Positions 56,184-64,000 of a stretch of 64,000 nucleotides of DNA are shown here, in pieces. The DNA is from Phycisphaerales bacterium. GTDB taxonomy: Bacteria; Planctomycetota; Phycisphaerae; Phycisphaerales; UBA1924. Within the stretch, counting starts at the first letter, position 1, and each line of letters opens with the position of its first letter. Location: the NCBI GenBank assembly GCA_043788295.1, contig JAYVUC010000120.1:168-64167 (forward strand). Reading direction: 5' to 3'. The notes beneath the pieces are model-generated. The model did no database searches. It saw nothing but the letters and a program-made list of their open reading frames with translations, and was not told where the DNA came from. The position numbers and the translations under genes are program-made.

Positions 56184-56211
56184 GGAGCCGAGGGACGCTT
56201 CCCTCGGCTCC
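56184..56211 (-). terminator. Intrinsic terminator of the thioredoxin-fold gene
   Basis: Perfect 12-bp stem GGAGCCGAGGGA-CGCT-TCCCTCGGCTCC, followed on the minus strand by TTTCATTTTT. Confidence 0.7.
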
Positions 56212-56257
56212 ATGTTCAAACGCAGATCACGTCAGCCTCACCCCCGCGAACAAGTGC

Positions 56258-57016
56258 TTACTTGCTCGAGTACTTGACGCCGCAGCCGTAGGGCTTGGTC
56301 GTCGAGGTCGTGACCTTCTTGCCGGCGAGAAGCTCGTCGATCGCCTTGGCGGCATAGTTCGTCTTGCCCGGCTTGCCGTCGCTGCTGTCATCGTCGATCG
56401 CACCGGCGTACGCCAGCGTCCCGTCGGCAGCGATCACGTAGGTCGCGGGTGTGTTCTTCGCTCCAAAGGCCTTGCCCGTCGCACCCGTCGTGTCGAGCAG
56501 GATCGGATAGTCCATCGACCAATCCTTCTTGGCCTTCTTGTTGGTCTCAAGGCCCGCGCCCTGGCCGTCAGCCGCGTTGCTGTTCACCGCCATGACGACG
56601 ACCTTCTTGTCCTTGTACTTCGTCGCAAGGTCGTTGAACGTCTTGGACTCGTTGAAGTGCTTCACCACATAGGGGCACTCGGGGTTGAACCAGAAGAGAA
56701 CAACAATCTTGCCCTCCTTGGTCAGGTCGGCCAGCTTGTGCTCCTTACCGTCCGTGTCCTTCAGGACAAACGTCGGGGCAACGCTGCCCACCGTCGCGGC
56801 GGTGGTGGCCTTCTTCTCGTCCTTCTTCTCATCCTTCTTGGCAGCCTTGTCGTCCTTCTTGGCCTCTTCCTTCTTGGTGTCCTTCTTCGTGTCGTCGGTC
56901 TTGGGCGTCTCCTTCGGAGGCGTCGTGGGCTGGGCCTGGGCCAGCGCGGGCACGGCACACAGCATAGAGGCCGTTCCAAGAGCGATCAGAGCGAACAGAT
57001 TTTTCGATTTCAACAT
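56258..57016 (-). CDS. Secreted thioredoxin-fold (redoxin/TlpA-like) protein with Lys-rich linker and single-Cys CPYV motif
   Basis: Signal peptide. KETPKTDDTKKDTKKEEAKKDDKAAKKDEKKDEKK linker. VVLFWFNPECPYVVKHF. Confidence 0.6.
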   Translation of the reverse strand: MLKSKNLFALIALGTASMLCAVPALAQAQPTTPPKETPKTDDTKKDTKKEEAKKDDKAAKKDEKKDEKKATTAATVGSVAPTFVLKDTDGKEHKLADLTKEGKIVVLFWFNPECPYVVKHFNESKTFNDLATKYKDKKVVVMAVNSNAADGQGAGLETNKKAKKDWSMDYPILLDTTGATGKAFGAKNTPATYVIAADGTLAYAGAIDDDSSDGKPGKTNYAAKAIDELLAGKKVTTSTTKPYGCGVKYSSK

Positions 57017-57096
57017 GATTCCGAATCTCCCGCCCCGTTTATTCGGGGCCCCGCGAATACTCGACCGGGCACACGCCAGCCGATTCTTCGCGTCAA

Positions 57097-57993
57097 CTAC
57101 TTTTTTGTGTCAGTCCCTTTGACGCCCGCAGGCCCATCCTGTTTCGTGGATGTCGCCGCCGGAGTCTCGATTGTGAAATACCTCGACTCTTTGCCCTTTC
57201 GCACCGAAATAATGCCTCGGACAGGACGAATCTTGCCCTCCCCGGGATTCATCTCGATCTCAAGCACCCCACCCTTGCCCTCGCACCCCGCGACGCGATC
57301 CTTGGGTGGGCTGGAGTTCTCCGCCGGGAAGTACGCGATCGCGTCCGCGTCCTTGGCAGTGATTTTCAGCACGCCGTGCTCCATCACCGCCGAAAATCCG
57401 TCCATGGCCGTCGCCACTTTGGGGAGCGCCGACTCCACCTCAGTGATCATTTTTGCGTCGGGCGTCGCCTTCGACTGTTCACCCACAACGATGGAGGTCT
57501 CGAGCTTCGCACTGCCCATGCGGCACACGTTGGCACATTCCATCCACTCAAGCGACAGCCCGATCGTCAACGTTTCGCCAACTTTGGCGTCCTTCGCGAG
57601 CGTCACAGGCACCAGCAGCACCGCACGCGTCTCGTAAATATGGTCCACGATGTCGCCCGGCTCCACATGCCTCGTCGGCGCAGGCCATTTGATCTCACCA
57701 AGCGTCACACCCTTGGGAAGTGATTTCTCGACGATCTTGGGTGGCTGCCCCGTGTCGTTGATCCCATCCCAGTAAATATGCCACTTGGGGGCGATCTCGA
57801 ACACAATCGCGAGGGTCGCGCTCGCGCCCGGCTTGAGCGTCGAAACATCAGTGGCAAGGGACGCCCTCGCCCCTTTCAACGCAGCCTTCACAGGCTGCCC
57901 AAGCACGGCCGGCGGCGCGTCGGCAAGCACATCGCCCATGCCACAGATGGGCACAAGTGCGAGGCCAGCGAGCAGATTGACTCGAACGCTCAT
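57097..57993 (-). CDS. DsbD N-terminal-domain-like (thiol:disulfide interchange) protein
   Basis: Start ATG 57993 (signal peptide). PKWHIYWDG motif and LEWMECANVCRMG. Confidence 0.6.
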   Translation of the reverse strand: MSVRVNLLAGLALVPICGMGDVLADAPPAVLGQPVKAALKGARASLATDVSTLKPGASATLAIVFEIAPKWHIYWDGINDTGQPPKIVEKSLPKGVTLGEIKWPAPTRHVEPGDIVDHIYETRAVLLVPVTLAKDAKVGETLTIGLSLEWMECANVCRMGSAKLETSIVVGEQSKATPDAKMITEVESALPKVATAMDGFSAVMEHGVLKITAKDADAIAYFPAENSSPPKDRVAGCEGKGGVLEIEMNPGEGKIRPVRGIISVRKGKESRYFTIETPAATSTKQDGPAGVKGTDTKK

Positions 57994-58094
57994 TCGGCGA
58001 AAAGTCCAAACCCCGGAGCGTCGGCCTATGAAGCCGAGGGCGTCCATCGCCTGGTCGTTCGCCCTCGTCGGGCCGAACCGGGGTAACCTGACAC

Positions 58095-58604
58095 ATGATG
58101 GTACACAGACTGATCGTATGGGTTTTGATCGGTATATCCTTGCTCACGCTGGGGACTTCGCTCGGCGGGTGCGAGACCAGTGTGACCGACAAGGACATCG
58201 TCCGCATCCAGTTGCCGCAATTTCGGGCTCTGGTGGACGAGGCTGCCAAGTCCGGCGGCGAGATTCTCATCGCCGACGCACGGACCAAGGACGAGTACGC
58301 CGCTGCTCGCGTTCCCGGTGCTCGAAATCTGCGTGCCGAATCGCTCCGCCCCGGCGCGAGCGAGTACATCCGACTCGAGCGATTCACAACCATCGCTATC
58401 TACGGTGCCGACGCTCGCAGCGGCGCAGCCTCCGCGCTCGCCAAACGCCTCATGGAGTTTGGGAGCGGCAAGATTTACTGGTACGTCGGCGGGATGCGCG
58501 AATGGAAGGCGATGAAAATGCCGCTCGATGAGTCCGCGACAGCCGCCCCCGAAGCAAAGCCCACTGCCGCCCCCGGCAATCTGCCCTCACTCAAAGGCAG
58601 GTAA
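58095..58604 (+). CDS. Rhodanese-like domain lipoprotein lacking the catalytic Cys
   Basis: Lipobox-like LGGC. ILIADARTKDEYAAARVPGARNL. The active-site loop reads IYGADARSGAAS (no Cys). Confidence 0.65.
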   Translation: MMVHRLIVWVLIGISLLTLGTSLGGCETSVTDKDIVRIQLPQFRALVDEAAKSGGEILIADARTKDEYAAARVPGARNLRAESLRPGASEYIRLERFTTIAIYGADARSGAASALAKRLMEFGSGKIYWYVGGMREWKAMKMPLDESATAAPEAKPTAAPGNLPSLKGR

Positions 58605-58632
58605 CGCACTCCAAGCCCACGCAGGAACCACC

Positions 58633-59046
58633 ATGGCTGACACGATTTTCGGCAAGATCATGCGCGGCGAAGTTCCTTGCCACCGCGTCTACGAGGACGA
58701 TCTCGTTCTCGCTTTCCTCGACGTCTTCCCGCTGAGTCGCGGGCACACCCTCGTCATCCCAAAGCAAGCTGTTGCACAGATCGACCAGCTCTCGGACGAA
58801 TCCGGTGCCGCGATCGGCCGCGTTCTCCCACGCATCGCACGGGCAGTCGTGAAGGCCACCGGGGCCGCCGCGTACAACATTCTGCAGAACAACGGCTCCC
58901 TCGCCCACCAGGCCGTCATGCACGTCCACTTTCACATCATCCCCAGGTACGAAACCGGCGAGGGCCTCGGCATCACCTGGAAAGCAGGCAAACTTGACCC
59001 CGCGCCCGCCAAGGAACTTGCCGCCGCAATCGCCGCCAGCCTGTGA
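58633..59046 (+). CDS. HIT-family (histidine triad) nucleotide hydrolase
   Basis: ATG 58633. FGKIMRGEVPCHRVYEDD and HVHFHIIPR. Confidence 0.9.
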   Translation: MADTIFGKIMRGEVPCHRVYEDDLVLAFLDVFPLSRGHTLVIPKQAVAQIDQLSDESGAAIGRVLPRIARAVVKATGAAAYNILQNNGSLAHQAVMHVHFHIIPRYETGEGLGITWKAGKLDPAPAKELAAAIAASL

Positions 59047-59070
59047 AACCGCTCCCCTAGAATCTCGGCT

Positions 59071-60819
59071 ATGCGACGCGGGACCGTCTATCTCGAAACC
59101 TTCGGCTGCCAGATGAACGAGCTCGACAGCGAGCTGGTCGCCGGATCGTTGGCGTCGCTCGGGTACCGCTTCACCGAAGACCCCGCAGCCGCCGATGTCG
59201 TCCTGTACAACACCTGCTCCGTACGCGAGCACGCCGAACAAAAGGTCTGGAGTCGCCTGGGCGAACTCGCCCTCCGCAAACGCGATCAACCCGGCCTCGT
59301 CGTGGGCGTGCTGGGCTGCATGGCCGAACGCGACGGCGCGCCGCTCATCCGCCGCATGCCCGTCGTCGACATCCTCTGCGGGCCGGGCGAGCTCGACAAA
59401 CTTCCAGGCCTGGTCGACAACGCCGTGCGCACCCGTGCAGGCATGATCGAGGCCGATGCCGCTCTCAGCGCCGACGATGATCTCGTCTCCGCGAACATGG
59501 TGGCGTTGCAGGGCAGCACCAGCCGCCGCACCGCCACGCTGGCCGCCGCCGAAGACACACTCGAACTGCTGGACCTCTCGCGCGCCATCTCGCCCATCGA
59601 CTCCGCCTCGACAAGCATCACCGGCCGCCACAGCGACCACGCTGCGGGCGGCAAGCGATCCGCCTATGTCCGCATCACGCGGGGCTGCAACAAGTTTTGC
59701 ACCTACTGCGTCGTGCCCTTCACCCGCGGGGCGGAGGTCCACCGCCCGCCCAAGCACATCGTCGAAGAATGCCGAAGGCTCGCGGACGCGGGTGTGATCG
59801 AGATCACGCTCCTGGGCCAGACCGTCAACCACTACCGCTTCGAGCACGGCGCATCCATCACCGTCGGTGGCATCCTTCAGCCGCAAAAGGGGCGGGCCTT
59901 CACGGGTGGGCACTCGCGCGACCCTCTCGCCGGCGCGAACGTCACCACCTTCGCAGATCTGCTGGCGATGATCCACGATCGCGTCCCCGCGATCAAGCGC
60001 CTGCGGTTCGTCACCAGCTACCCGCGCGATTTCGGCGACGACGTGCTCGAAGTCATGCGCGACCACCCGCGCATCTGCCGATATCTCCACGTCCCCGCCC
60101 AGACCGGCAGCGACCGCCTGCTCAAGGCCATGAACCGCGGGTACACCGTGGGCGAGTACATCGAGTTCATCGATCGCGCCCGCGCCATCCTCGATCAGCC
60201 GCACCTGGGCCGCCCGCTCACCATGAGCGGCGACTTCATCGTGGGCTTCCCCGGCGAGACCGACGCCGACTTCGACGCCAGCGTGAGCCTCATCCGCCGC
60301 GCACGCTACAAGAACGCGTTCATTTTCAAATACTCGCCCCGCCCCGACACCGTCGCATTCGACAAGCTCACCGACGATGTGCCCGAAGAGGTGAAGCGCC
60401 GCCGCAACAACGAGCTGCTGGCGATCCAGAACCAAATCAGTGACGAGATCAGCCGCGAGCAGGTGGGGCGCGAGCTCGAGGTCTTCGTCGAGGGCCCGAG
60501 CAGGCGTCAGGCCAAGAAGTCCAGGACGACGCAAGGCGACACTTCCAATTCGTGCCGCACGGCCGGCACTATCGCCCTCACCGTGAACGGCCTCGGCACA
60601 AACACAATTGCTATTGCCCTCGCCAACGACCTTCAAGAACAATCCGAGCCATCACCCGCCGATTCCGCCATCCAATACGCCGGGCGCACCGACGGCGACC
60701 TCATCGTCTTCTTCGACGCCCCGTCCACGCCTGACCTCTCGGGCAGCATCGTGCCCATGAGGATCGCGAGTGCCTCCGCCCTCGCGCTCTTCGGCCAACA
60801 ACTCTCACGCAGCACCTGA
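59071..60819 (+). CDS. miaB: tRNA-i6A37 methylthiotransferase MiaB (with lineage-specific insertions)
   Basis: YLETFGCQMN. Radical-SAM ITRGCNKFCTYCVVP. TRAM-like C-terminus interrupted by a ~60-aa insert. 582 aa. Confidence 0.9.
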   Translation: MRRGTVYLETFGCQMNELDSELVAGSLASLGYRFTEDPAAADVVLYNTCSVREHAEQKVWSRLGELALRKRDQPGLVVGVLGCMAERDGAPLIRRMPVVDILCGPGELDKLPGLVDNAVRTRAGMIEADAALSADDDLVSANMVALQGSTSRRTATLAAAEDTLELLDLSRAISPIDSASTSITGRHSDHAAGGKRSAYVRITRGCNKFCTYCVVPFTRGAEVHRPPKHIVEECRRLADAGVIEITLLGQTVNHYRFEHGASITVGGILQPQKGRAFTGGHSRDPLAGANVTTFADLLAMIHDRVPAIKRLRFVTSYPRDFGDDVLEVMRDHPRICRYLHVPAQTGSDRLLKAMNRGYTVGEYIEFIDRARAILDQPHLGRPLTMSGDFIVGFPGETDADFDASVSLIRRARYKNAFIFKYSPRPDTVAFDKLTDDVPEEVKRRRNNELLAIQNQISDEISREQVGRELEVFVEGPSRRQAKKSRTTQGDTSNSCRTAGTIALTVNGLGTNTIAIALANDLQEQSEPSPADSAIQYAGRTDGDLIVFFDAPSTPDLSGSIVPMRIASASALALFGQQLSRST

Positions 60820-60839
60820 ATTGTCATCCCGCTTTCAAG

Positions 60840-61436
60840 ATGGCAGCCCAACCTACTCCCACTTCGCCCGCTCCACGCCCGACCGACCCCGCGTTCGTCG
60901 AACTGGTGTACGAGCAGCTTCGGAGGCAAGCCCAGCTCGCGATGGCGATGGAGAATCCGGGGCACACGCTGCAGGCCACCGCGCTCGTGCACGAGGTGTT
61001 TCTCAGGTTGGCGCAAGGCCGAAACGTGCCTTGGGCGAACAAGGCCCACTTCTACGCCGCTGCTGCCGAATCCATGAGCCGTCTGCTCATCGATCACGCG
61101 CGAGCCAAGCAGGCTCAGAAACGCGGCGGCGGGAACGGCGCGGGTCCTGTGGACGGTGCTTCGTGCGCGACCGATCTCATCGCAAACGTGGCGGATTTGG
61201 CGACCGCGGAAAATCCCGAGACCATCCTGAGGCTTGCAGCCGGTATTTCTCGCTTGGAGGCTGAGAACCCCGAGGCCGCCGCCCTGGTCCGCCTCCGCTT
61301 CTACGCGGGGCTGTCCCTCGACCAGACGGCGGAAGCTCTTGGGCTCTCGCCCGCCACGGTGGACCGGCGGTGGGCCTTTGCGCGGGCTTGGCTACACCGC
61401 CATCTGTCAGAGCCCCCGGCGCAAGCCGGGGAGTGA
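60840..61436 (+). CDS. ECF-type sigma-70 family factor (kinase-associated type)
   Basis: Region 2 [12 protein letters not shown]. Region 4 [29 protein letters not shown] Ser/Thr kinase gene follows 28 nt downstream. Confidence 0.85.
   Translation: MAAQPTPTSPAPRPTDPAFVELVYEQLRRQAQLAMAMENPGHTLQATALVHEVFLRLAQGRNVPWANKAHFYAAAAESMSRLLIDHARAKQAQKRGGGNGAGPVDGASCATDLIANVADLATAENPETILRLAAGISRLEAENPEAAALVRLRFYAGLSLDQTAEALGLSPATVDRRWAFARAWLHRHLSEPPAQAGE
61407..61430. repeat. 24-nt element CAGAGCCCCCGGCGCAAGCCGGGG, copy 2
   Basis: Identical to 46529..46552. Encodes the last residues (SEPPAQAG) of the ECF sigma ORF. Confidence 0.9.
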
Positions 61437-61464
61437 GCGTCTTGTGCGGGAATCGGATGAAGCC

Positions 61465-63225
61465 ATGAAATCCAACATTCAAGCCATCTTTGAGTCCGTC
61501 ATTGCCCTGCCCCAAACCGAAAGACCCGCAGCGGTCAAGAGGCTGTGCGCGAACGACGCGGCGGCGCAGACCGAAGTGAACGCCCTGCTCAAATCACACG
61601 ATGAAGCCGGCGCATTCCTGGGCAGCCCGACCGCCGACCTCGCCACCGCCGACCGCATCACCGAAACCCCAGGCCAGCGAATCGGCCCCTACAAGCTCCT
61701 CCAACTCATCGGCGAAGGCGGCTTCGGCTCAGTCTTCCTCGCTGAGCAGACCGAGCCCGTCCGCCGCCGCGTCGCTCTCAAGATCATCAAACTCGGCATG
61801 GACACGCGACAGGTCATCGCACGCTTCGAGGCCGAGCGTCAGGCCCTCGCCCTCATGGACCACCCGCACATCGCCAAAGTCCTCGACGCCGGCGCCACCG
61901 ACAGCGGCCGTCCCTACTTCGTGATGGAGTACGTCGTCGGTGACTCCATCACGGCCTTCGCGGGCGCCCATGCCCTCACGATCCGCCAGCGCCTCGAACT
62001 CTTCGCCCAGGTCTGCTCGGCCGTCCAGCACGCCCACACCAAGGGCGTCATCCACCGCGACATCAAGCCCGCCAACGTGCTCGTCAGCATGACCGACGGC
62101 AAGCCTTTCGCCAAAGTCATCGACTTCGGCATCGCCAAGGCAACCGCCCAGCCTCTCACCGAGAAAACCCTCTTCACCGAACACCGCCAGCTCATCGGCA
62201 CGCCCGAGTACATGAGCCCCGAGCAGGCCCAGGGCTCCGCCGACATCGACACGCGAACAGACGTCTACGCCCTGGGCGTCCTGCTCTACGAACTGCTGAC
62301 CGGCGCGACGCCCTTCGACGCAAAACGCCTGCGATCGGCTGCATGGGGCGAAATGCAGCGCATCATCCGCGAAGAAGAGCCCCCCACGCCAAGCATGCGC
62401 GTCACTGCCTTTTCAGAGCCCGTAGCGCAAGCACGGGTCCGCCTCGGACAACCCGACGCGTCGAACGACCCGCAGGCCCCACGCAACGAAAGCCAGACCT
62501 CACTCCCGCAGGTCGCGCCAGCGACGAACACAACCGGACACCCCGCGCCCACCCTCGCTCGCGCGTCGGGCTCTGACCGAGCCGCCCTCAGCCGTCAGAT
62601 CAAGGGCGAGCTCGACTGGATCGTGATGAAAGCCCTCGACAAAGACCGCTCGCGCCGCTACGAAAGCCCCAGCCAACTCGCCGCCGACGTCACTCGCCAC
62701 CTCGCCGGCGAACCCGTCGTGGCGGCCCCGCCAAGCCGTGCGTATCGCGTGCGGAAGTTTGTGAGAAAGCACAAGGGACCGGTGGTGGCGACAACAGCCG
62801 TCGCGGCAGCACTGCTGATGGGGATCGCGGGCATAGGTTTGGGCCTCTATCGCGCCAAGCAGGCCAACGCCATACTCCAACGACACCATGATCTTTCGGT
62901 CGCCTCGGCCGAAGAGATTATGCTGACGTTCAGCACGTACCTCAAGCTCGATGACCATTTCTTCAGCGACGACAAGTCTTTCGATGTCAGGGAAGTGCGC
63001 AGCAGCGATGGGACGCTCCGAGGCCGTATCGAAGCAAAGGTGACCAAGGATGCGACGGGCAAGCTTCGTGTGATTGCGCATGAATACGACGCCCAGGGGC
63101 GCAGAGCTGACAACGGACTCCTCATCGAAGAACTCGGCAAGATGACCATTGCATTCTTCAAAGCGTACGAACGTGACATCGACGAGCTCAAGGCCAAACT
63201 TCATGCGGCAGAGTTGCCCAGGTGA
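61465..63225 (+). CDS. Ser/Thr protein kinase with one TM helix and extracytoplasmic C-terminal domain
   Basis: ATG 61465. [42 protein letters not shown] helix [22 protein letters not shown]. Confidence 0.9.
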   Translation: MKSNIQAIFESVIALPQTERPAAVKRLCANDAAAQTEVNALLKSHDEAGAFLGSPTADLATADRITETPGQRIGPYKLLQLIGEGGFGSVFLAEQTEPVRRRVALKIIKLGMDTRQVIARFEAERQALALMDHPHIAKVLDAGATDSGRPYFVMEYVVGDSITAFAGAHALTIRQRLELFAQVCSAVQHAHTKGVIHRDIKPANVLVSMTDGKPFAKVIDFGIAKATAQPLTEKTLFTEHRQLIGTPEYMSPEQAQGSADIDTRTDVYALGVLLYELLTGATPFDAKRLRSAAWGEMQRIIREEEPPTPSMRVTAFSEPVAQARVRLGQPDASNDPQAPRNESQTSLPQVAPATNTTGHPAPTLARASGSDRAALSRQIKGELDWIVMKALDKDRSRRYESPSQLAADVTRHLAGEPVVAAPPSRAYRVRKFVRKHKGPVVATTAVAAALLMGIAGIGLGLYRAKQANAILQRHHDLSVASAEEIMLTFSTYLKLDDHFFSDDKSFDVREVRSSDGTLRGRIEAKVTKDATGKLRVIAHEYDAQGRRADNGLLIEELGKMTIAFFKAYERDIDELKAKLHAAELPR

Positions 63226-63307
63226 TGTGGGCGGAGTACAAACCTTGTTGAAGGCAGAAGAGCCACTCGGAGCGTGGCGGTACCCCGACAGTCTCTCAAC
63301 TCACGAT

Positions 63308-63666
63308 TCAGGGCCGATCGAGTTCGGCCTTGAGTGCTTGGAACAGTAGCGTGAGGGCGAGCTCGATCGTGTCCCAGAGGATGTTGAAGTTGACGGTGTC
63401 GTAGCCATGGATGAGCCGGTTCCCCATGGTGCGGCTCCCTCGCCATTCGATGGACGCAAGGCGAGCCTGGGTGTGGTCGCTGACCTTGGTGGAAGCTTCC
63501 CCAATGATTTCGATCGACTTGATGATCGCGAAGAGCCGAAGCTCGTGTGCGAGATGGCTTCTCGTGACGTGCCTTGGGCAAAGCGAATCGCACGCTGGGC
63601 GGCTTCGAGCATGTGTCCAAGCCGCACGCGATCGGTGGCGGAAGGTTGGCGGTGGTCAGGCGGCAT
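63308..63666 (-). pseudogene. HepT-like (DUF86/HEPN) toxin gene, frameshifted and with altered Rx4H motif
   Basis: N-terminal ~40 codons (MPPDHRQPSATDRVRLGHMLEAAQRAIRFAQGTSREA) lie in one frame. The remainder (HELRLFAIIKSIEIIGEASTKVSDHTQARLASIEWRGSRTMGNRLIHGYDTVNFNILWDTIELAL...) lies in another. The span of 359 nt is not a multiple of 3. The expected MRNxLxHxY reads MGNRLIHGY. Confidence 0.6.
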
Positions 63667-63961
63667 GGAGTGTTCGTGAGCCCGCCAGAACTTTGTCGCG
63701 AAATCGCTCAGAGAGGTCCAAAGGCGTGCGGAGATCGACTTGCCTGCCGAGAATGTCGGTGAGGTCAGCCTGAAGCCCCGCGAGGGTGAAGAGGGTTGGC
63801 CGAACGCCTGGAAGGAACTCGACGAGCACATCGACATCGCTCTGAGGCATGAAATCATCGCGGAGAATGCTGCCAAAGAGAGTCAGACGTGCGATGCCGT
63901 GCCGCCGGCAGAAGTCAGCGATGGTGGCCGATGGGATGGTGATCGGTATTCCGCCGCACAT
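63656..63961 (-). CDS. MntA-like nucleotidyltransferase (antitoxin partner of HepT)
   Basis: LFGSILRDDFMPQSDVDVLVEF (GS...DxD). Overlaps the HepT start by 11 nt. Confidence 0.75.
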   Translation of the reverse strand: MCGGIPITIPSATIADFCRRHGIARLTLFGSILRDDFMPQSDVDVLVEFLPGVRPTLFTLAGLQADLTDILGRQVDLRTPLDLSERFRDKVLAGSRTLHAA

Positions 63962-64000
63962 GCGGTGATTATTCCGCCGCGATCCGGGCGATGAAGCCGC

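Overview
GC-rich (roughly two-thirds G+C by eye, not computed), densely coding bacterial chromosomal segment. I recognise about 55 protein genes and no rRNA, tRNA, CRISPR array, transposase or integrase. All calls come from reading motifs in the supplied translations and the DNA; no homology search was run. An ECF sigma plus Ser/Thr kinase pair, several secreted proteins ending in a Cys-containing dockerin/EF-hand-like tail, and yidC-mnmE and mrdA-rodA pairs suggest a Planctomycetota (Phycisphaerae-like) genome; this is inference only.

Backbone genes:
- Sugar and envelope: phosphomannomutase, xylA, mrdA/rodA, cdsA/plsC, and a polysaccharide cluster (flippase, fcl, GT4, GDP-mannose-dehydrogenase-like).
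- Information and maintenance: DinG-like helicase, rsmG, ABC-F ATPase, mnmE, yidC, miaB, groES.
- Metabolism: nuoB, apt, aroA, aldehyde dehydrogenase plus deoC, HIT protein.
- Envelope stress and redox: rseP and a periplasmic redox cluster.

Accessory or unusual parts:
1. A more AT-rich islet between rsmG and rodA (7.7-9.1 kb) encodes what looks like a tripartite toxin-antitoxin-chaperone module: RelE/HigB-like, XRE antitoxin, SecB-like.
2. An AT-richer patch at 19.6-23.3 kb carries an FN3-like protein, a NERD/PD-(D/E)xK nuclease plus SF1 helicase fusion (defence-like) and an S4-domain gene remnant.
3. Two tandem beta-helix paralogs (47.2-50.0 kb) have identical ends and divergent cores. They are separated by about 8.7 contiguous 21-bp palindromic repeats (TTCC...GGAA). 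A related perfect palindrome lies upstream of the first paralog.
4. Three secreted proteins share a 58-aa terminal module ending ...AFE(S/T)PC-stop.
5. Several families of short repeated hairpins sit at gene ends, and two copies are embedded in CDS 3' ends.
6. A KAP-like P-loop NTPase lies at the left edge.
7. An MntA/HepT pair at the right edge has a decayed HepT.

The 21-bp array, the C-terminal module and the toxin-antitoxin-chaperone candidate are the items I would look at first.
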